Below, piece after piece: positions 56,244 through 64,000 of a DNA stretch of 64,000 nt. Below the pieces are notes generated by a model. That model was given only the letters and a program-made list of their open reading frames with translations, did no database searches and had not been told where the DNA came from. Origin of the DNA: Auanema rhodensis (lineage: Eukaryota; Animalia; Nematoda); assembly GCA_964057225.1 (NCBI GenBank), contig OZ059898.1, forward strand, positions 18,910,001 to 18,974,000, in the 5' to 3' direction. Both the position numbers and the translations under genes were made by a program. The stretch's first letter is position 1. Each line of letters opens with the position of its first letter.

Positions 56244-58178
56244 ATGCTAATTAAATGTACACGTGATGTGCACTTGGTATGTAACTCGCTTCACGTGAAA
56301 GATAAAGAGATGCGGTTTTCAAAATTAGATTCCCCATGTCCATATCAGTCTAAAAACAGATTTTTATTGATATTGGTTCATGGTAACCATGTCTTTGAAA
56401 TTTACGTGAACTTTAATTTAAGTTAATTAAATGTACACGTGATGTGCACTTGGTATGTAACTCGCTTCACGTGAAAGATAAAGAGATGCAGTTTTCGAAA
56501 TTGGATTCCCCATGTCCATATTAGTCTGAAAACAAATTTTTATTGATATTGGTTCATGGTAACCATGACTTTGAAATTTACGTGAACTTTAATTTATGCT
56601 AATTAAATGTACACGTGATGTGCACTTGGTATGTAACTCGCTTCACGTGAAAGATAAAGAGATGCGGTTTTCGAAATTAGATTCCCCATGTCCATATTAG
56701 TCTAAAAACAAATTTTTATTGATATTGGTTCATGGTAACCATGTCTTTGAAAATTACGTGAACTTTAATTTATGCTAATTAAATGTACACGTGATGTGCA
56801 CTTGGTATGTAACTCGCTTCACGTGAAAGATAAAGAGATGCGGTTTTCGAAATTAGATTCCCCATGTCCATATTAGTCTAAAAACAAATTTTTATTGATA
56901 TTGGTTCATGGTAACCATGACTTTGAAATTCACATGAACTTTAATTTATGCTAATTAAATGTGCACGTGATGTGCACTTGGTATGTAACTCGCTTCACGT
57001 GAAAGATAAAGAGATGCGGTTGCAAAATTAGATTCCCTATGTCCATATTAGTCTAAAAACAAATTTTTATTGATATTGGTTCATGGTAACCATGACTTTG
57101 AAATTTACGTGAACTTTAATTTATGCTAATTAAATGTACACGTGATGTGCACTTGGTATGTAACTTGCTTCACGTGAAAGATAAAGAGATGCGGTTTTCA
57201 AAATTAGATTCCCCATGTCCATATTAGTCTAAAAACAAATTTTTATTGTTATTGGTGCATGGTAACCATGACTTTGAAATTTACGTGAACTTTAATTTAT
57301 GCTAATTAAATGTACACGTGATGTGCACTTGGTATGTAACTCGCTTCACGTGAAAGATAAAGAGATGCGGTTTTCAAAATTAGATTCCCCATGTCCATAT
57401 TAGTCTAAAAACAAATTTTTATTGATATTGGTTCATGGTAACCATGACTTTGAAATTTACGTTAACTTTAATTTATGCTAATTAAATGTACACGTGATGT
57501 GCACTTGGTATGTAACTCGCTTCACGTGAAAGATAAAGAGATGCGGTTTTCAAAATTAGATTCCTCATGTCCATATTAGTCTAAAAACAAATTTTTATTG
57601 ATATTGGTTCATGGTAACCATGTCTTTGAAAATTACGTGAACTTTAATTTATGCTAATTAAATGTACACGTGATGTGCACTTGGTATGTAACTCGCTTCA
57701 CGTGAAAGATAAAGAGATGCGGTTTTCAAAATTAGATTCCCCATGTCCATATTAGTCTAAAAACAGATTTTTATTGATATCGGTTCATGGTAACCATGTC
57801 TTTGAAATTTACGTGAACTTTAATTTATGCTAATTAAATGTACACGTGATGTGCACTTGGTATGTAACTCGCTTCACGTGAAAGATAAAGAGATGAGGTT
57901 TTCAAAATTAGATTCCCCATGTCCATATTAGTCTAAAAACAAATTTTTATTGATATTGGTTCATGGTAACCATGACTTTGAAATTTACGTGAACTTTAAT
58001 TTATGCTAATTAAATGTACACGTGATGTGCACTTGGTATGTAACTCGCTTCACGTGAAAGAAAAAGAGATGCGGTTTACAAAATTAGATTCCCCATGTCC
58101 ATATTAATCTAAAAACAGATTTTTATTGATATTGGTTCATGGTAACCATGACTTTGAAATTTACGTGAACTTTAATTT

Positions 58179-60288
58179 ATGCTAATTAAATGTACACGTG
58201 ATGTGCACTTGGTAGGTAACTCGCTTCACGTGAAAGATAAAGAGATGCGGTTTTCAAAATTAGATTCCCCATGTCCATATCAGTCTAAAAACAGATCTTT
58301 ATTGATATTGGTTCATGGTAACCATGACTTTGAAATTTACGTGAACTTTAATTTATGCTAATTAAATGTACACGTGATGTGCACTTGGTATGTAACTCGC
58401 TTCACGTGAAAGATAAAGAGATGCAGTTTTCAAAATTAGATTCCCCATGTCCATATTAGTCTAAAAACAGATTTTTATTGATATTGGTTCATGGTAACCA
58501 TGTCTTTGAAATTTACGTGAACTTTAATTCATGCTAATTAAATGTACACGTGATGTGCACTTGGTATGTAACTCGCTTCACGTGAAAGATAAAGAGATGT
58601 GGTTGCAAAATTAGATTCCCCATGTCCATATTAGTATAAAAACAAATTTTTATTGATATTGGTTCATGGTAACCATGACTTTGAAATTTACGTGAACTTT
58701 AATTTATGCTAATTAAATGTACACGTGATGTGCAATTGGTATGTAACTCGCTTCACGTGAAAGATAAAGAGATGCGGTTTTCAAAATTAGATTCCCCATG
58801 TCCATATTAGTCTCAAAACAAATTTTTATTGATATTGGTTTATGGTAACCATGACTTTGAAATTTACGTGAACTTTAATTTATGCTAATTAAATGTACAC
58901 GTGATGTGCACTTGGTAGGTAACTCGCTTCACGTGAAAGATAAAGAGATGCGGTTTTCAAAATTAGATTCCCCATGTCCATATCAGTCTAAAAACAGATC
59001 TTTATTGATATTGGTTCATGGTAACCATGACTTTGAAATTTACGTGAACTTTAATTTATGCTAATTAAATGTACACGTGATGTGCACTTGGTATGTAACT
59101 CGCTTCACGTGAAAGATAAAGAGATGCGGTTTTCAAAATTAGATTCCCCATGTCCATATTAGTCTAAAAACAGATTTTTATTGATATTGGTTCATGGTAA
59201 CCATGTCTTTGAAATTTACGTGAACTTTAATTTATGCTAATTAAATGTACACGTGATGTGCACTTGGTATGTAACTCGCTTCACGTGAAAGATAAAGAGA
59301 TGCGGTTTTCAAAATTAGATTCCCCATGTCCATATTAGTCTCAAAACAAATTTTTATTGATATTGGTTTATGGTAACCATGACTTTGAAATTTACGTGAA
59401 CTTTAATTTATGCTAATTAAATGTACACGTGATGTGCACTTGGTAGGTAACTCGCTTCACGTGAAAGATAAAGAGATGCGGTTTTCAAAATTAGATTCCC
59501 CATGTCCATATCAGTCTAAAAACAGATCTTTATTGATATTGGTTCATGGTAACCATGACTTTGAAATTTACGTGAACTTTAATTTATGCTAATTAAATGT
59601 ACACGTGATGTGCACTTGGTATGTAACTCGCTTCACGTGAAAGATAAAGAGATGTGGTTGCAAAATTAGATTCCCCATGTCCATATTAGTCTAAAAACAA
59701 ATTTTTATTGATATTGGTTCATGGTAACCATGACTTTGAAATTTACGTGAACTTTAATTTATGCTAATTAAATGTACACGTGATGTGCAATTGGTATGTA
59801 ACTCGCTTCACGTGAAAGATAAAGAGATGCGGTTTTCAAAATTAGATTCCCCATGTCCATATTAGTCTCAAAACAAATTTTTATTGATATTGGTTTATGG
59901 TAACCATGACTTTGAAATTTACGTGAACTTTAATTTATGCTAATTAAATGTACACGTGATGTGCACTTGGTAGGTAACTCGCTTCACGTGAAAGATAAAG
60001 AGATGCGGTTTTCAAAATTAGATTCCCCATGTCCATATCAGTCTAAAAACAGATCTTTATTGATATTGGTTCATGGTAACCATGACTTTGAAATTTACGT
60101 GAACTTTAATTTATGCTAATTAAATGTACACGTGATGTGCACTTGGTATGTAACTCGCTTCACGTGAAAGATAAAGAGATGCGGTTTTCAAAATTAGATT
60201 CCCCATGTCCATATTAGTCTAAAAACAGATTTTTATTGATATTGGTTCATGGTAACCATGTCTTTGAAATTTACGTGAACTTTAATTT
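58179..60288. repeat. Short 3-4-monomer higher-order repeats marked by a GGTAGG+TATCAG+AGATCT monomer
   Basis: The marker monomer starts at 58179, 58882, 59410 and 59937 (offsets 703, 528, 527). Local alleles GTGCAATT and GGTTTATGG. Confidence 0.84.
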
Positions 60289-63200
60289 ATGCTAATTAAA
60301 TGTACACGTGATGTGCACTTGGTATGTAACTCGCTTCACGTGAAAGATAAAGAGATGCGGTTTTCAAAATTAGATTCCCCATGTCAATATCAGTCTAAAA
60401 ACAGATTTTTATTGATATTGGTTCATGGTAACCATGTCTTTGAAATTTACGTGAACTTTAATTCATGCTAATTAAATGTACACGTGATGTGCACTTGGTA
60501 TGTAACTCGCTTCACGTGAAAGATAAAGAGATGTGGTTGCAAAATTAGATTCCCCATGTCCATATTAGTCTAAAAACAAATTTTTATTGATATTGGTTCA
60601 TGGTAACCATGACTTTGAAATTTACGTGAACTTTAATTTATGCTAATTAAATGTACACGTGATGTGCAATTGGTATGTAACTCGCTTCACGTGAAAGATA
60701 AAGAGATGCGGTTTTCAAAATTAGATTCCCCATGTCCATATTAGTCTCAAAACAAACTTTTATTGATATTGGTTCATGGTAACCATGTCTTTGAAATTTA
60801 CGTGAACTTTAATTTATGCTAATTAAATGTACACGTGATGTGCACTTGGTATGTAACTCGCTTCACGTGAAAGATAAAGAGATGCGGTGTTCAAAATTAG
60901 ATTCCCCATGTCCATATTAGTCGAAAAACAAATTTTTATTGATATTGGTGCATGGTAACCATGACTTTGAAATTTACGTGAACTTTAATTTATGCTAATT
61001 AAATGTACACGTGATGTGCACTTGGTATGTAACTCGCTTCACGTGAAAGATAAAGAGATGCGGTTTTCAAAATTAGATTCCCCATGTCCATATCAATCTA
61101 AAAACAGATCTTTATTGATATTGGTTCATGGTAACCATGACTTTGAAATTTACGTGAATTTTAATTTATGCTAATTAAATGTACACGTGATGTGCACTTG
61201 ATATGTAACTCGCTTCACGTGAAAGATAAAGAGATGCGGTTTTCGAAATTAGATTCCTCATGTCCATATTAGTCTAAAAACAAATTTTTATTGATATTGG
61301 TTCATGGTAACCATGACTTTGAAATTCACGTGAACTTTAATTTATGCTAATTAAATGTGCACGTGATGTGCACTTGGTATGTAACTCGCTTAACGTGAAA
61401 GATAAAGAGATGTGGTTTTCAAAATTAGATTCCCCATGTCCATATTAGTCTAAAAACAGATTTTTATTGATATTGGTTCATGGTAACCATGTCTTTGAAA
61501 TTTACGTGAACTTTAATTCATGCTAATTAAATGTACACGTGATGTGCACTTGGTATGTAACTCGCTTCACGTGAAAGATAAAGAGATGCGGTTGCAAAAT
61601 TAGATTCCCCATGTCCATATTAGTCTAAAAACAAATTTTTATTGATATTGGTTCATGGTAACCATGACTTTGAAATTTACGTGAACTTTAATTTATGCTA
61701 ATTAAATGTACACGTGATGTGCACTTGGTATGTAACTCGCTTCACGTGAAAGATAAAGAGATGCGGTTTTCAAAATTAGATTCCCCATGTCCATATTAGT
61801 CTAAAAACAAATTTTTATTGTTATTGGTGCATGGTAACCATGACTTTGAAATTTACGTGAACTTTAATTTATGCTAATTAAATGTACACGTGATGTGCAC
61901 TTGGTATGTAACTCGCTTCACGTGAAAGATAAAGAGATGCGGTTTTCAAAATTAGATTCCCCATGTCCATATTAGTCTAAAAACAAATTTTTATTGATAT
62001 TGGTTCATGGTAACCATGACTTTGAAATTTACGTGAACTTTAATTTATGCTAATTAAATGTACACGTGATGTGCACTTGGCATGTAACTCGCTTCACGTG
62101 AAAGATAAAGAGATGCGGTTTTCAAAATTAGATTCCTCATGTCCATATTAGTCTAAAAACAAATTTTTATTGATATTGGTTCATGGTAACCATGTCTTTG
62201 AAATTTACGTGAACTTTAATTTAAGTTAATTAAATGTACACGTGATGTGCACTTGGTATGTAACTCGCTTCACGTGAAAGATAAAGAGATGCGGTTTTCG
62301 AAATTGGATTCCCCATGTCCATATTAGTCTAAAAACAAATTTTTATTGATATTGGTTCATGGTAACCATGACTTTGAAATTTACGTGAACTTTAATTTAT
62401 GCTAATTAAATGTACACGTGATGTGCACTTGGTATGTAACTCGCTTCACGTGAAAGATAAAGAGATGCGGTTTTCGAAATTAGATTCCCCATGTCCATAT
62501 TAGTCTAAAAACAAATTTTTATTGATATTGGTTCATGGTAACCATGTCTTTGAAAATTACGTGAACTTTAATTTATGCTAATTAAATGTACACGTGATGT
62601 GCACTTGGTATGTAACTCGCTTCACGTGAAAGATAAAGAGATGCGGTTTTCAAAATTAGATTCCCCATGTCCATATTAGTCTAAAAACAAATTTTTATTG
62701 TTATTGGTGCATGGTAACCATGACTTTGAAATTTACGTGAACTTTAATTTATGCTAATTAAATGTACACGTGATGTGCACTTGGTATGTAACTCGCTTCA
62801 CGTGAAAGATAAAGAGATGCGGTTTTCAAAATTAGATTCCCCATGTCCATATTAGTCTAAAAACAAATTTTTATTGATATTGGTTCATGGTAACCATGAC
62901 TTTGAAATTTACGTGAACTTTAATTTATGCTAATTAAATGTACACGTGATGTGCACTTGGTATGTAACTCGCTTCACGTGAAAGATAAAATGATGAGGTT
63001 TTCAAAATTAGATTCCCCATGTCCATATTAGTCTAAAAACAAATTTTTATTGATATTGGTTCATGGTAACCATGTCTTTGAAATTTACGTGAACTTTAAT
63101 TTATGCTAATTAAATGTACACGTGATGTGCACTTGGTATGTAACTCGCTTCACATGAAAGATAAAGAGATGCGGTTTTCAAAATTAGATTCCCCATGTCC

Positions 63201-64000
63201 ATATTAGTCTAAAAACAAATTTTTATTGATATTGGTGCATGGTAACCATGACTTTGAAATTTACGTGAACTTTAATTTATGCTAATTAAATGTACACGTG
63301 ATGTGCACTTGGTATGTAACTCGCTTCACGTGAAAGATAAAGAGATGCGGTTTTCAAAATTAGATTCCCCATGTCCATATTAGTCTAAAAACAAATTTTT
63401 ATTGATATTGGTGCATGGTAACCATGACTTTGAAATTTACGTGAACTTTAATTTATGCTAATTAAATGTACACGTGATGTGCACTTGGTATGTAACTCGC
63501 TTCACGTGAAAGATAAAGAGATGCGGTTTTCAAAATTAGATTCCTCATGTCCATATTAGTCTAAAAACAAATTTTTATTGATATTGGTTCATGGTAACCA
63601 TGTCTTTGAAAATTACGTGAACTTTAATTTATGCTAATTAAATGTACACGTGATGTGCACTTGGTATGTAACTCGCTTCACGTGAAAGATAAAGAGATGC
63701 GGTTTTCAAAATTAGATTCCCCATGTCCATATTAGTCTAAAAACAAATTTTTATTGATATTGGTTCATGGTAACCATGACTTTGAAATTCACATGAACTT
63801 TAATTTATGCTAATTAAATGTGCACGTGATGTGCACTTGGTATGTAACTCGCTTCACGTGAAAGATAAAGAGATGCGGTTTTCAAAATTAGATTCCCCAT
63901 GTCCATATTAGTCTAAAAACAGATTTTTATTGATATTGGTTCATGGTAACCATGTCTTTGAAATTTACGTGAACTTTAATTCATGCTAATTAAATGTACA

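Larger units (their letters stand above)
1..64000. repeat. Tandem satellite DNA array, 176-bp monomer, ~363 copies, head-to-tail; extends beyond both window edges; candidate centromeric/pericentromeric satellite
   Basis: ATGCTAATTAA recurs at 125, 301, 477, etc. (period 176) through to the end of the window. Monomers differ by a few substitutions and rare 1-bp indels. Consensus GC is 58/176 (~33%). No unique sequence is seen. The array itself is directly observed; the centromeric role is inference from monomer size and homogeneity. Confidence 0.99.
37080..64000. repeat. Subfamily A main domain
   Basis: From 37080 onward monomers have A at position 12 and mostly GGTTCATGG. Domain-typical alleles: CATGTCT, AATTCATG, GGTTGCAAAA (1-bp deletion), TTTTCGAAA, TATCAGTC/ACAGATCT, TCTCAAAA, GTCGAAAA. 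Confidence 0.93.

Noticed and set aside
32152-61174. Twenty near-identical 60-aa ORFs (MLIKCTRDVHL...)
   Set aside because: Each is one satellite monomer in which the in-frame TAG (TATTAG) is mutated to CAG, or CAA at 60992. About 95% of monomers keep the stop. The ORF ends on the next monomer's TTATGCTAA, and 176 is not a multiple of 3. Copies spread passively with HOR duplications, and there is no recognisable domain. They are useful only as markers.
1-64000. CRISPR array or repeat-spacer system
   Set aside because: No unique spacers: the whole 176 bp repeats. No cas or other genes are present.
1-64000. 5S rRNA, tRNA, snRNA or SL-RNA tandem gene array
   Set aside because: I recognise no 5S, tRNA cloverleaf, Pol III A/B box or Sm-site context, and the unit is AT-rich with no gene/spacer contrast. 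An Infernal/Rfam scan would be decisive.
1-64000. Assignment to a named ~176-bp satellite on length alone (e.g. Brassica CentBr, honeybee AluI repeat) or to alpha satellite/CEN178
   Set aside because: The sequence does not resemble those as I recall them, and the consensus lacks AAGCTT and AGCT sites. Length alone is not diagnostic; a database search is needed.
1-64000. Variant order as an encoded message or programmed diversification cassette system
   Set aside because: The order of variants is explained by nested in-register duplications and recombination. No recombinase, reverse transcriptase or expression site is present.
1-64000. Transposon insertions, inversions or telomeric repeats
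   Set aside because: None seen; monomer phase and orientation are maintained throughout apart from 1-bp indels.

Overview
The whole 64-kb window is one uninterrupted, head-to-tail, single-orientation satellite DNA array. It has about 363 copies of a 176-bp, ~33% GC monomer. Consensus, phased from position 301: ATGCTAATTAA[G/A]TGTACACGTGATGTGCACTTGGTATGTAACTCGCTTCACGTGAAAGATAAAGAGATGCGGTTTTCAAAATTAGATTCCCCATGTCCATATTAGTCTAAAAACAAATTTTTATTGATATTGGT[G/T]CATGGTAACCATGACTTTGAAATTTACGTGAACTTTAATTT. I see no genes, RNA genes, CRISPR spacers, transposon insertions or inversions. All 20 ORFs in the track are artefacts of a TAG>CAR variant within single monomers. The nucleosome-sized monomer and high homogeneity fit a eukaryotic centromeric or pericentromeric satellite (inference); I cannot assign the species or family. 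The real information is in the variant pattern. There are two monomer subfamilies in blocks (G-type 1-16310 and 18600-37079; A-type 16311-18599 and 37080-64000), with mappable chimeric junctions. There are nested higher-order duplications of variable size (3 to 36 monomers) whose order can be partly reconstructed. The monomer itself is unusually rich in dyads and ACGTGA/E-box motifs. I find no support for a novel protein-coding or defence system here. Offsets were read by eye from marker variants and should be confirmed by alignment.
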